NCBI RefSeq assembly: GCF_039654945.1
Contig: NW_027361688.1
Coordinates: 16,368,001-16,432,000 of the forward strand
DNA: 64,000 nt
Direction: 5' to 3'
Origin: Dendrobates tinctorius
Lineage: Eukaryota
Position numbers and translations under genes: made by a program. The notes under the pieces are model-generated. The model was not told the origin of the DNA and did no database searches. It saw only the letters and a list, made by a program, of their open reading frames with translations. This document shows positions 50,111-64,000 of this stretch, piece after piece. How positions within the stretch are numbered: position 1 is the stretch's first letter; each line of letters begins with the position of its first letter.

Positions 50111-53100
50111 AGTTACCTCCTGTATTATACCCCAGAGCTGCACTCACTACTCTGCTGGTGCAGTCACTGTGTACATACATTACATTACTGATCCTGAGTT
50201 ACATCCTGTATTATACCCCAGAGCTGCACTCACTATTCTGCTGGTGCAGTCACTGTGTACATACATTACATTACTGATCCTGAGTTACATCCTGTATTAT
50301 ACTCCAGAGCTGCACTCACTATTCTGCTGGTGCAGTCACTATATACATACATTACATTACTGATCCTGAGTTACCTCCTGTATTATACCCCAGAGCTGCA
50401 CTCACTATTCTGCTGGTGCAGTCACTGTGTACATACATTACATTACTGATCCTGAGTTACATCCTGTATTATACCCCAGAGCTGCACTCACTATTCTGCT
50501 GGTGCAGTCACTGTGTACATACATTACATTACTGATCCTGAGTTACCTCCTGTATTATACCCCAGAGCTGCACTCACTATTCTGCTGCTGCAGTCGCTGT
50601 GTACATACATTACATTACTGATCCTGAGTTACATCCTGCATTATACTCCAGAGCTGCACTCACTATTCTGCTGGTGCAGTCACTGTGTACATACATTACA
50701 TTACTGATCCTGAGTTACATCCTGTATTATACTCCAGAGCTGCACTCACTATTCTGCTGGTGCAGTCACTGTGTACATACAATACATTACTGATCCTGAG
50801 TTACATCCTGTATTATACTCCAGAGCTGCGCTCACTATTCTGCTGGTGCAGTCACTGTGTACATACATTACTGATCCTGAGTTACCTCCTGTATTATACC
50901 CCAGAGCTGCACTCACTATTCTGCTGGTGCAGTCACTGTGTACATACATTACATTACTGATCCTGAGTTACCTCCTGTATTATACCCCAGAGCTGCACTC
51001 ACTATTCTGCTGCTGCAGTCGCTGTGTACATACATTACATTACTGATCCTGAGTTACATCCTGCATTATACTCCAGAGCTGCACTCACTATTCTGCTGGT
51101 GCAGTCACTGTGTACATACATTACTGAACCTGAGTTACATCCTGCATTATACTCCAGAGCTGCACTCACTATTCTGCTGGGGCAGTCACTGTGTACATAC
51201 ATTACATTACTGATCCTGAGTTACATCCTGTATTATACCCCAGAGCTGCACTCACTATTCTGCTGGTGTAGTCACTGTGTACATACATTACTGATCCTGA
51301 GTTACATCCTGTATTATACCCCAGAGCTGCACTCACTATTCTGCTGGTGCAGTCGCTGTGTACATACATTACATTACTGATCCTGAGTTACATCCTGTAT
51401 TATACCCCAGAGCTGCACTCACTATTCTGCTGGTGTAGTCACTGTGTACATACATTACTGATCCTGAGTTACATCCTGTATTATACTCCAGAGCTGCACT
51501 CACTATTCTGCTGGTCCAGTCACTGTGTACATACATTACATTACTGATCCTGAGTTACATCCTGTATTAGTCTCCAGAGCTGCACTCACTATTCTGCTGG
51601 TGCAGTCACTGTGTACATACATTACATTACTGATCCTGAGTTACATCCTGTATTATACCCCAGAGCTGCACTCACTATTCTGCTGGTGCAGTCACTGTGT
51701 ACATACATTACATTACTGATCCTGAGTTACATCCTGTATTATACTCCAGAGCTGCACTCACTATTCTGCTGGTGTAGTCACTGTGTACATACATTACTGA
51801 TCCTGAGTTACATCCTGTATTATACTCCAGAGCTGCACTCACTATTCTGCTGGTGTAGTCACTGTGTACATACATTACTGATCCTGAATTACATCCTGTA
51901 TTATACTCCAGAGCTGCACTCACTATTCTGCTGGTGCAGTCACTGTGTATATACATTACATTACTGATCCTGAGTTACATCCTGTATTATACCCCAGAGC
52001 TGCACTCACTATTCTGCTGGTGTAGTCACTGTGTACATACATTACTGATCCTGAGTTACATCCTGTATTATACCCCAGAGCTGCACTCACTATTCTGCTG
52101 GTGTAGTCACTGTGTACATACATTACTGATCCTGAGTTACATCCTGTATTATACCCCAGAGCTGCACTCACTATTCTGCTGGTGCAGTCGCTGTGTACAT
52201 ACATTACATTACTGATCCTGAGTTACATCCTGTATTATACCCCAGAGCTGCACTCACTATTCTGCTGGTGCAGTCACTGTGTACATACATTACATTACTG
52301 ATCCTGAGTTACATCCTGTATTATACTCCAGAGCTGCACTCACTATTCTGCTGGTGCAGTCACTGTGTACATACATTACATTACTGATCCTGAGTTACAT
52401 CCTGTATTATACCCCAGAGCTGCACTCACTATTCTGCTGGTGCAGTCACTGTGTACATACATTACATTACTGATCCTGAGTTACATCCTGTATTATACTC
52501 CAGAGCTGCACTCACTATTCTGCTGGTGTAGTCACTGTGTACATACATTACTGATCCTGAATTACATCCTGTATTATACTCCAGAGCTGCACTCACTATT
52601 CTGCTGGTGCAGTCACTGTGTATATACATTACATTACTGATCCTGAGTTACATCCTGTATTATACCCCAGAGCTGCACTCACTATTCTGCTGGTGCAGTC
52701 ACTGTGTACATATATTACATTACTGATCCTGAGTTACCTCCTGTATTATACTCCAGAGCTGCACTCACTATTCTGCTGGTGTAGTCACTGTGTACATACA
52801 TTACTGATCCTGAATTACATCCTGTATTATACTCCAGAGCTGCACTCACTATTCTGCTGGTGCAGTCACTGTGTATATACATTACATTACTGATCCTGAG
52901 TTACATCCTGTATTATACCCCAGAGCTGCACTCACTATTCTGCTGGTGCAGTCACTGTGTACATACATTACATTACTGATCCTGAGTTACCTCCTGTATT
53001 ATACTCCAGAGCTGCACTCACTATTCTGCTGGTGCAGTCACAGTGTACATACATTACATTACTGATCCTGAGTTACATCCTGTATTATACCCCAGAGCTG

Positions 53101-54857
53101 CACTCACTATTCTGCTGGTGCAGTCACTGTGCACATACATTACATTACTGATCCTGAGTTACATCCTGTATTATACCCCAGAGCTGCACTCACTATTCTG
53201 CTGGTGCAGTCACTGTGTACATATATTACATTACTGATCCTGAGTTACCTCCTGTATTATACTCCAGAGCTGCACTCACTATTCTGCTGGTGTAGTCACT
53301 GTGTACATACATTACTGATCCTGAATTACATCCTGTATTATACTCCAGAGCTGCACTCACTATTCTGCTGGTGCAGTCACTGTGTATATACATTACATTA
53401 CTGATCCTGAGTTACATCCTGTATTATACCCCAGAGCTGCACTCACTATTCTGCTGGTGCAGTCACTGTGTACATACATTACATTACTGATCCTGAGTTA
53501 CCTCCTGTATTATACTCCAGAGCTGCACTCACTATTCTGCTGGTGCAGTCACAGTGTACATACATTACATTACTGATCCTGAGTTACATCCTGTATTATA
53601 CCCCAGAGCTGCACTCACTATTCTGCTGGTGCAGTCACTGTGCACATACATTACATTACTGATCCTGAGTTACATCCTGTATTATACCCCAGAGCTGCAC
53701 TCACTATTCTGCTGGTGCAGTCACTGTGCACATACATTACATTACTGATACTGAGTTACATCCTGTATTATACCTCAGAGCTGCACTCACTATTCTGCTG
53801 GTGCAGTCACTGTGTACATACATTACATTACTGATACTGAGTTACATCCTGTATTATACCTCAGAGCTGCACTCACTATTCTGCTGCTGCAGTCGCTGTG
53901 TACATACATTACATTACTGATCCTGCGTTACATCCTGTATTATGCTCCAGAGCTGCACTCACTATTCTGCTGGTGCAGTCACTGTGTACATACATTACAT
54001 TACTGATCCTAAATTACATCCTGTATTATACCCCAGAGCTGCACTCACTATTCTGCTGGTGCAGTCGCTGTGTACATACATTACATTACTGATCCTGAGT
54101 TACATCCTGTATTATGCTCCAGAGCTGCACTCACTATTCTGCTGGTGCAGTCACTGTGTACATACATTACATTACTGATCCTGAGTTACATCCTGTATTA
54201 TACCCCAGAGCTGCACTCACTATTCTGCTGGTGCAGTCGCTGTGTACATACATTACATTACTGATCCTGCGTTACATCCTGTATTATGCTCCAGAACTGC
54301 ACTCACTATTCTGCTGGTGCAGTCACTGTGTACATACATTACATTACTGATCCTGAGTTACATCCTGTATTATACCCCAGAGCTGCACTCACTATTCTGC
54401 TGGTGCAGTCACTGTGTACATACATTACTGATCCTGAGTTACATCCTGTATTATACCCCAGAGCTGCACTCACTATTCTGCTGGTGCAGTCGCTGTGTAC
54501 ATACATTACATTACTGATCCTGAGTTACATCCTGTATTATGCTCCAGAGCTGCACTCACTATTCTGCTGGTGCAGTCACTGTGTACATACATTACATTAC
54601 TGATCCTGAGTTACATCCTGTATTATACCCCAGAGCTGCACTCACTATTCTGCTGGTGCAGTCACTGTGTACATACATTACTGATCCTGAGTTACATCCT
54701 GTATTATACCCCAGAGCTGCACTCACTATTCTGCTGGTGCAGTCACTGTGTACATACATTACTGATCCTGAGTTACATCCTGTATTATACCCCAGAGCTG
54801 CACTCACTATTCTGCTGGTGCAGTCACTGTGTACATACATTACTGATCCTGAGTTAC
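50111..54857. repeat. 86-bp (81-bp variant) satellite, ~55 copies
   Basis: Unit gagttacatcctgtattataccccagagctgcactcactattctgctggtgcagtcactgtgtacatacattacattactgatcct; the 81-mer lacks one catta. Confidence 0.98.
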
Positions 54858-55400
54858 ACTGGCGTAACTACCGGGGTAGCGGCCGAAGCGGTTGCTTTGG
54901 GGCCCGGCCCATATAGGGGCCCGGGTCCCCGGCTCCGATTGGCGCTACCCGGTAGTGCAATTTAATTAAGTACATTACTGCGGCGCTCCGGCGGGTGCTG
55001 TGGGTGGCCAACGCTGTCTTGGGGTGCCCGCCGGCCCAGTGCGTGTAGTGTAGGGCAGGGGTCCCCAACCACCGGGCCGTTGCAGTGCCTTTGCCGGTCT
55101 GCGGACACAAGGGGAGTCGGCGGCGGTGCAGCAGCTGATACTCATCGGTCCCTGTCGGCGCGGCGGCTTCATCCAGCGCTGAGCGGTCAAGTGTACCGCT
55201 CATTTAAGGTCCTGAATATGGACGCCACTCATCTCCCATAGTCGTGGCATCCATATTCATAGACCTTAATGAGCGGTAGCATGTGACCGCTCCGCACAGG
55301 AGCTGAAGCGCCGCGAGATGCAGGGAGGGAAGTTCAGCGACGGGAAGGAAGGTCAACGATGTGAGGGTAAGTATGATGGGGGAGCCGAGCGGAGCCATAT
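54857..55400. mobile_element. Left end of a probable hAT-like non-autonomous element that truncates the satellite
   Basis: Abrupt switch to CACTGGCGTAACTA followed by ggggcccg subterminal motifs. The right end is not seen in the window. Confidence 0.5.
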
Positions 55401-55477
55401 ATACAAGGGAGGGAGAGTGGGAGCGGAGCCATATATACAGGGGAGGGAGGGTGAGAGTGGAGCCATATATATATATA

Positions 55478-58144
55478 TTAGCTGAAGAGCCCGACACTGC
55501 CCGGGCATAGAAACTAACTGTGGTTAGTTATAACAAATTATAATTATCCTCAATCCCATTGTCCCGTGCCCATATACCCATCATACATATCCACGATCCC
55601 ATAGGCCCGTGCCCATATACCCTTCATACATATCCTCCATCCCATAGTCCTGTGCCTATATACCCATCATACATATCCTCCATCCCATAGTCCCGTGCCC
55701 ATAAACCCATCACACATCCTCCATCCCATAGTCCTGTGCCTATATACCCATCATACATATCCACGATCCCATAGGCCCGTGCCCATATACCCTTCATACA
55801 TATCCTCCATCCCATAGTCCTGTGCCTATATACCCATCATACATATCCACCATCCCATAGGCCCGTGCCCATATACCCATCATACATATCCTCCATCTCA
55901 TAGTCCCGTGCCCATATACCCATCACACATCCTCCATCCCATAGTTCCGTGCCCATATACCCATCATACATATCCACCATCCCATAGGCCCGTGCCCATA
56001 TACCCATCATACATATCCTCCATCTCATAGTCCCGTGCCCATATACCCATCACACATCCTCCATCCCATAGTTCCGTGCCCATATACCCATCATACATAT
56101 CCTCCATCCCATAGTCCCATGCCCATATACCCATCATACATCCTCCATCCCATAGTTCCGTGCCCATATACCCATCATACATATCCTCCATCCCATAGTC
56201 GAGTGCCCATATACTCATCACACATCCTCCATCCCATAGTCCCATGCCCATATACCCGTCACACATTCTCCATCCCATAGTCGAGTGCCCATGTACCCAT
56301 CATACATATCCTCCATCCCATAGTCCCGTGCCCATATACCCATCACACATCCTCCATCCCATAGTCCCGTGCCCATATACCCGTCATACATATCCTCCAT
56401 CCCATAGTCCCGTGCCCATATACCCATCACACATCCTCCATCCCATAGTCCCGTGCCCATATACCCATCATACATATCCTCCATCCCATAGTCCCGTGCC
56501 CATATACCCGTCATACATATCCTCCATCCCATAGTCCAGTGCCCATATACCCGTCATACATATCCTCCATCCCATAGTCCCGTGCCCATATACCCATCAC
56601 ACATCCTCCATCCCATAGTCCCGTGCCCATATACCCGTCATACATATCCTCCATCCCATAGTCCCGGGCCCATATACCCATCACACATCCTCCATCCCAT
56701 AGTCCCGTGCCCATATACCCATCATACATATCCTCCATCCCATAGTCCCGTGCCCATATACCCGTCATACATATCCTCCATCCCATAGTCCCGTGCCCAT
56801 ATTCCCGTCATACATATCCTCCATCCCATAGTCCAGTGCCCATATACCCGTCATACATATCCTCCATCCCATAGTCCAGTGCCCATATACCCGTCATACA
56901 TATCCTCCATCCCATAGTCCAGTGCCCATATACCCATCACACATCCTCCATCCCATAGTCCAGTGCCCATATACCCGTCATACATATCCTCCATCCCATA
57001 GTCCCGTGCCCATATACCCGTCATACATATCCTCCATCCCATAGTCCAGTGCCCATATACCCATCATACATATCCTCCATCCCATAGTCCAGTGCCCATA
57101 TACCCGTCATACATATCCTCCATCCCATAGTCCAGTGCCCATATACCCATCACACATCCTCCATCCCATAGTCCAGTGCCCATATACCCGTCATACATAT
57201 CCTCCATCCCATAGTCCAGTGCCCATATACCCATCATACACATCCTCCATCCCATAGTCCCGTGCCCATATACCCATCATACGCATCCTCCATCCCATAG
57301 TCCCATGCCCATATACCCGTCACACATTCTCCATCCCATAGTCGAGTGCCCATATACCCGTCATACATATCCTCCATCCCATAGTCCCGTGCCCATATAC
57401 CCATCATACATATCCTCCATCCCATAGTCCCGTGCCCATATACCCGTCATACATATCCTCCATCCCATAGTCCAGTGCCCATATACCCATCACACATCCT
57501 CCATCCCATAGTCCCGTGCCCATATACCCATCATACATATCCTCCATCCCATAGTCCCGTGCCCATATACCCATCATACATATCCTCCATCCCATAGTCC
57601 CTTGCCCATATACCCATCACACATCCTCCATCCCATAGTCCCGTGCCCATATACCCATCATACATATCCTCCATCCCATAGTCCCGTGCCCATATACCCA
57701 TCATACATCCTCCATCCCATAGTCCCGTGCCCATATACTCATCACACATCCTCCATCCCATAGTCCCGGGCCCATATACCCATCCTCCATCCCATAGTCC
57801 CATGTCCATATACCCATCACACATCCTCCATCCCATAGTCAACCATTATGACATCATAATGAGGGGCGGGGCTTGCAACCTATGATGACATCAGCGTCGC
57901 CATGGCAACCATTATGACATCATAATGAGGGGCGGGGTTTGACACGCACACAGTTTCCCCAGTATATAGATAGGGGCAAAATTGTTTGGTGAATTGGAAC
58001 GCGCGGGGTTAAAATTTCGCCTCACAACATAGCCTAGGACACTCTCCGGGTCCAGATGTGTGACGGTGCCAAATTTTGTGGCTGTAGCTGCGACGGTGCG
58101 GATGCCAATCCCGGACATACACACTTTGAGCTTTATATATTAGA
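55478..58144 (-). mobile_element. Non-autonomous Helitron carrying a minisatellite
   Basis: Minus strand starts a|TCTAATATATAAAG and ends gcccgggcagtgtcgggc (hairpin) tcttcagCTAA|t. Inserted between A and T of an (AT)n run, no TSD. Confidence 0.85.
55555..57840. repeat. 41/43-bp minisatellite (~53 copies) inside the Helitron
   Basis: Unit cccatatacccatcatacatatcctccatcccatagtcccgtg. Confidence 0.96.
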
Positions 58145-60432
58145 TATATATATATATATAAGGGAGGGAGGGTGGGAGCGGAGCCATATATATATATAAG
58201 GGAGGGAGAGTGGGAGCGGAGCCATATATATATATATATATATATATAAGGGAGGGAGAGTGGGAGAGGAGCCATATATATATATATAAGGGAGGGAGAG
58301 TGGGAGCGGAGCCATATATATATATAAGGGAGGGAGAGTGGGAGCGGAGCCATATATATATATATAAGGGAGGGAGAGTGGGAGCGGAGCCATATATATA
58401 TATAAGGGAGGGAGAGTGGGAGCGGAGCCATATATATATATAAGGGAGGGAGAGTGGGAGAGGAGCCATATATATATAAGGGAGGGAGAGTGGGAGCGGA
58501 GCCATATATATATATAAGGGAGGGAGAGTGGGAGCGGAGCCATATATATATATATAAGGGAGGGAGAGTGGGAGCGGAGCCATATATATATAAGGGAGGG
58601 AGAGTGGGAGCGGAGCCATATATATATATAAGGGAGGAAGAGTGGGAGAGGAGCCATATATATATATAAGGGAGGGAGAGTGGGAGCGGAGCCATATATA
58701 TATAAGGGAGGGAGAGTGGGAGCGGAGCCATATATATATATAAGGGAGGGAGAGTGGGAGAGGAGCCATATATATATATAAGGGAGGGAGAGTGGGAGCG
58801 GAGCCATATATATATATATAAGGGAGGGAGAGTGGGAGAGGAGCCATATATATATATAAGGGAGGGAGAGTGGGAGCGGAGCCATATATATATATATAAG
58901 GGAGGGAGAGTGGGAGCGGAGCCATATATATATATAAGGGAGGGAGAGTGGGAGCGGAGCCATATATATATAAGGGAGGGAGAGTGGGAGCGGAGCCATA
59001 TATATATATAAGGGAGGGAGAGTGGGAGAGGAGCCATATATATATATAAGGGAGGGAGAGTGGGAGCGGAGCCATATATATATATAAGGGAGGGAGAGTG
59101 GGAGAGGAGCCATATATATATAAGGGAGGGAGAGTGGGAGCGGAGCCATATATATATATAAGGGAGGGAGAGTGGGAGAGGAGCCATATATATATATAAG
59201 GGAGGGAGAGTGGGAGCGGAGCCATATATATATATATAAGGGAGGGAGAGTGGGAGAGGAGCCATATATATATAAGGGAGGGAGAGTGGGAGAGGAGCCA
59301 TATATATATAAGGGAGGGAGAGTGGGAGCGGAGCCATATATATATATAAGGGAGGGAGAGTGGGAGAGGAGCCATATATATATATAAGGGAGGGAGAGTG
59401 GGAGCGGAGCCATATATATATATAAGGGAGGGAGAGTGGGAGAGGAGCCATATATATATAAGGGAGGGAGAGTGGGAGCGGAGCCATATATATATATAAG
59501 GGAGGGAGAGTGGGAGAGGAGCCATATATATATAAGGGAGGGAGAGTGGGAGCGGAGCCATATATATATATAAGGGAGGGAGAGTGGGAGCGGAGCCATA
59601 TATATATATAAGGGAGGGAGAGTGGGAGAGGAGCCATATATATATATAAGGGAGGGAGAGTGGGAGAGGAGCCATATATATATATAAGGGAGGGAGAGTG
59701 GGAGCGGAGCCATATATATATATAAGGGAGGGAGAGTGGGAGCGGAGCCATATATATATATAAGGGAGGGAGAGTGGGAGAGGAGCCATATATATATATA
59801 TAAGGGAGGGAGAGTGGGAGAGGAGCCATATATATATAAGGGAGGGAGAGTGGGAGCGGAGCCATATATATATATAAGGGAGGGAGAGTGGGAGCGGAGC
59901 CATATATATATATAAGGGAGGGAGAGTGGGAGCAGAGCCATATATATATATAAGGGAGGGAGAGTGGGAGAGGAGCCATATATATATATAAGGGAGGGAG
60001 AGTGGGAGCGGAGCCATATATATATATAAGGGAGGGAGAGTGGGAGCGGAGCCATATATATATAAGGGAGGGAGAGTGGGAGCGGAGCCATATATATATA
60101 TAAGGGAGGGAGAGTGGGAGAGGAGCCATATATATATAAGGGAGGGAGAGTGGGAGCGGAGCCATATATATATATAAGGGAGGGAGAGTGGGAGCGGAGC
60201 CATATATATATATATAAGGGAGGGAGAGTGGGAGCGGAGCCATATATATATATAAGGGAGGGAGAGTGGGAGAGGAGCCATATATATATAAGGGAGGGAG
60301 AGTGGGAGCGGAGCCATATATATATATATATAAGGGAGGGAGAGTGGGAGCGGAGCCATATATATATATATATAAGGGAGGGAGAGTGGGAGAGGAGCCA
60401 TATATATATAAGGGAGGGAGAGTGGGAGCGGA

Positions 60433-60467
<35 letters not shown>

Positions 60468-60738
60468 GAGGGAGAGTGGGAGCGGAGCCATATATATATA
60501 AGGGAGGGAGAGTGGGAGCGGAGCCATATATACAGGGGAGGGAGAGTGGGAGCGGAGCCATATATATATAAGGGAGGGAGAGTGGGAGCGGAGCCATATA
60601 TATATATATACAAGGGTGGGAGAGGAGCCATATATATATATAAGGGAGGGAGAGTGGGAGCGGAGCCATATATATATATAAGGGAGGGAGAGTGGGAGAG
60701 GAGCCATATATATATAAGGGAGGGAGAGTGGGAGCGGA

Positions 60739-60779
<41 letters not shown>

Positions 60780-60872
60780 GAGGGAGAGTGGGAGCGGAGC
60801 CATATATATATATAAGGGAGGGAGAGTGGGAGAGGAGCCATATATATATAAGGGAGGGAGAGTGGGAGCGGA

Positions 60873-60922
<50 letters not shown>

Positions 60923-61090
60923 AGGGAGAGTGGGAGCGGAGCCATATATATATATAAGGGAGGGAGAGTGGGAGAGGAGCCATATATATATATATATAAG
61001 GGAGGGAGAGTGGGAGCGGAGCCATATATACAAGGGAGGGAGAGTGGGAGCGGAGCCATATATATATAAGGGAGGGAGAGTGGGAGCGGA

Positions 61091-61127
<37 letters not shown>

Positions 61128-61180
61128 GAGGGAGAGTGGGAGCGGAGCCATATACACAGGGGAGGGAGAGTGGGAGCGGA

Positions 61181-61215
<35 letters not shown>

Positions 61216-61306
61216 GAGGGAGAGTGGGAGCGGAGCCATATATATATATATATGAGGGAGAGTGGGAGCGGAGCCATATATATAAGGGAGGGAGAGTGGG
61301 AGCGGA

Positions 61307-61343
<37 letters not shown>

Positions 61344-61620
61344 GAGGGAGAGTGGGAGCGGAGCCATATACACAGGGGAGGGAGAGTGGGAGCGGAGCCA
61401 TATATATATATATATATATATAAGGGAGGGAGAGTGGGTGTGGAGCCATATATATATAAGGGAGGGAGAGTGGGAGCGGAGCCATATATATATAAGGGAG
61501 GGAGAGTGGGAGCGGAGCCATATATATATGAGGGAGGGAGAGTGGGAGAGGAGCCATATATACAAGGGAGGGAGAGTGGGAGAGGAGCCATATATACAAG
61601 GGAGGGAGAGTGGGAGAGGA

Positions 61621-61655
<35 letters not shown>

Positions 61656-61828
61656 GAGGGAGAGTGGGAGCGGAGCCATATATACAAGGGAGGGAGAGTG
61701 GGAGCGGAGCCATATATATATAAGGGAGGGAGAGTGGGAGCGGAGCCATATATATATATATATATATATATAAGGGAGGGAGAGTGGGAGCGGAGCCATA
61801 TACACAGGGGAGGGAGAGTGGGAGCGGA

Positions 61829-61865
<37 letters not shown>

Positions 61866-62094
61866 GAGGGAGAGTGGGAGTGGAGCCATATATATATAAG
61901 GGAGGGAGAGTGGGAGCGGAGCCATATATATAAGGGAGGGAGAGTGGGAGCGGAGCCATATATATATAAGGGAGGGAGAGTGGGAGCGGAGCCATATATA
62001 TATAAGGGAGGGAGAGTGGGAGAGGAGCCATATATACAAGGGAGGGAGAGTGGGAGAGGAGCCATATATACAAGGGAGGGAGAGTGGGAGAGGA

Positions 62095-62129
<35 letters not shown>

Positions 62130-63405
62130 GAGGGAGAGTGGGAGAGGAGCCATATATACAAGGGAGGGAGAGTGGGAGCGGAGCCATATATATATAAGGG
62201 AGGGAGAGTGGGAGCGGAGCCATATATATATATAAGGGAGGGAGAGTGGGTGAGGAGCCATATATATATATATATAAGGGAGGGAGAGTGGGAGAGGAGC
62301 CATATATATATATATATATATATAAGGGAGGGAGAGTGGGAGCGGAGCCATATATATATAAGGGAGGGAGAGTGGGAGCGGAGCCATATATATATAAGGG
62401 AGGGAGAGTGGGAGCGGAGCCATATATATATATAAGGGAGGGAGAGTGGGAGCGGAGCCATATATACAAGGGAGGGAGAGTGGGAGCGGAGCCATATATA
62501 TATAAGGGAGGGAGAGTGGGAGCGGAGCCATATATATATAAGGGAGGGAGAGTGGGAGCGGAGCCATATATATATATAAGGGAGGGAGAGTGGGAGCGGA
62601 GCCATATATATATAAGGGAGGGAGAGTGGGAGCGGAGCCATATATATACAAGGGAGGGAGAGTGGGAGCGGAGCCATATATATACAAGGGAGGGAGAGTG
62701 GGAGCGGAGCCATATATATACAAGGGAGGGAGAGTGGGAGCGGAGCCATATATATACAAGGGAGGGAGAGTGGGAGCGGAGCCATATATATACAAGGGAG
62801 GGAGAGTGGGAGCGGAGCCATATATATACAAGGGAGGGAGAGTGGGAGCGGAGCCATATATATACAAGGGAGGGAGAGTGGGAGCGGAGCCATATATATA
62901 CAAGGGAGGGAGAGTGGGAGCGGAGCCATATATATACAAGGGAGGGAGAGTGGGAGCGGAGCCATATATATATAAGGGAGGGAGAGTGGGAGCGGAGCCA
63001 TATATATACAAGGGAGGGAGAGTGGGAGCGGAGCCATATATATACAAGGGAGGGAGAGTGGGAGCGGAGCCATATATATACAAGGGAGGGAGAGTGGGAG
63101 CGGAGCCATATTTATATAAGGGAGGGAGAGTGGGAGCGGAGCCATATATATATAAGGGAGGGAGAGTGGGAGCGGAGCCATATATATATATATAAGGGAG
63201 GGAGAGTGGGAGCGGAGCCATATATATACAAGGGAGGGAGAGTGGGAGCGGAGCCATATATATACAAGGGAGGGAGAGTGGGAGCGGAGCCATATATATA
63301 CAAGGGAGGGAGAGTGGGAGCGGAGCCATATATATACAAGGGAGGGAGAGTGGGAGCGGAGCCATATATATACAAGGGAGGGAGAGTGGGAGCGGAGCCA
63401 TGTAT
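58145..63405. repeat. Composite minisatellite: constant G-rich core plus variable (AT)n, ~5.3 kb
   Basis: Unit agggagggagagtgggagcggagcc(at)n a. The first units lie at 55380-55477, left of the Helitron. Confidence 0.98.
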
Positions 63406-63699
63406 ACAGGATGGGACAGGAGAGCCATGCATACAACAGGGGGAGCCACACAGAGCTGGACAGGACGGGGGGAACCACACATACATTTTCTGATGATTAG
63501 AAAATAATCAGCATGTACAGAACTCCAGTACAATTTTCTTAAGTGCTCAATGCTCCATTTCCTTGTAGGTTCCAATCATCATTAGCAGTGACGGTCATCA
63601 GTAGAACTAGCCCAGTGCTCCCACTGAAACAGAGAAACAAGCCAGATGCTCCCACTCATAGAAAACCTATGGTGAGTTGAGTCACATTATAAATGTTAT

Positions 63700-63866
63700 A
63701 ATTAAATGATAAGTATGCACTGCTAAACTACAACCACGTCCATAGCCCCACCCCCTTATGACCAAAGCCCCGCCCCTGTCACACCTCCATCCCCACCCTG
63801 CCGGGCCATGGAAGAATGGTCTTGCTGGAAGCCGGTCCCTGGTGCAAAAAAGGTTGGGGGCCACTG
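63700..63866. mobile_element. Terminal fragment of a hAT-Charlie-like element
   Basis: Ends ccggtccctggtgcaaaaaaggttgggggccactg, the reverse complement of a CAGTGG(T/C)CCCCAACCTTTTT-type TIR. Confidence 0.55.
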
Positions 63867-64000
63867 GTGTAGGGGATCCGGGGCCCCGGTGGAAAAAAAT
63901 GTACACTATGATTTCGCAGCCTACACTGCATTTCTGCGCCTGCTGTGCGGAGCGAAGCACATATTGGGCCCGCCTCCCTGCCTGCAGCCAGTCACAGAGT

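Noticed and set aside
55481-55515. CTGAAGA...GAAAC hammerhead-like motif
   Set aside because: Better explained as the Helitron 3' hairpin read on the opposite strand; stems I and III are missing.
50111-63405. CRISPR-like regular repeats
   Set aside because: There are no unique spacers (only identical units or (AT)n), no cas genes, and the context is vertebrate.
58009-63575. 1486-1811 aa ORFs on the minus strand
   Set aside because: All three frames are open because the repeat unit lacks stops on that strand. They are low-complexity translations with no splice or domain evidence.

Overview
Vertebrate genomic DNA, almost certainly a frog: it carries T2/Kolobok-type TTAA MITEs, a frog-type DIRS, a Passport-like Tc1 and dense minisatellites. 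I reconstructed three complete spliced genes by hand from GT-AG boundaries and remembered protein sequences: ARMT1 (-, 5 coding exons, 438 aa), RMND1 (+, 11 coding exons, 413 aa, head-to-head with ARMT1) and RAD51AP1 (+, 9 exons, 317 aa). A probable NDUFA9 first coding exon (-) lies at 1643-1691. In human these are two unlinked neighbourhoods (ARMT1/RMND1 at the 6q25 ESR1 locus; NDUFA9/RAD51AP1 at 12p13), so the window appears to hold a synteny rearrangement. The rest is repeat-rich. There are two near-identical Tc1 (DD34E, IR/DR) copies, one with an intact 340-aa transposase. A four-level nest runs piggyBac-like > DIRS1 > hAT > palindrome centred on a degenerate Penelope-type hammerhead. A non-autonomous Helitron carries its own minisatellite and sits inside a G-rich/(AT)n array. 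There is also an 86-bp satellite with higher-order structure and a 31-bp CCAAT-box array in RAD51AP1 intron 1. The very long ORFs in the ORF track are translations of tandem repeats. Gene identities rest on my recall of the orthologous proteins, not on a database search.
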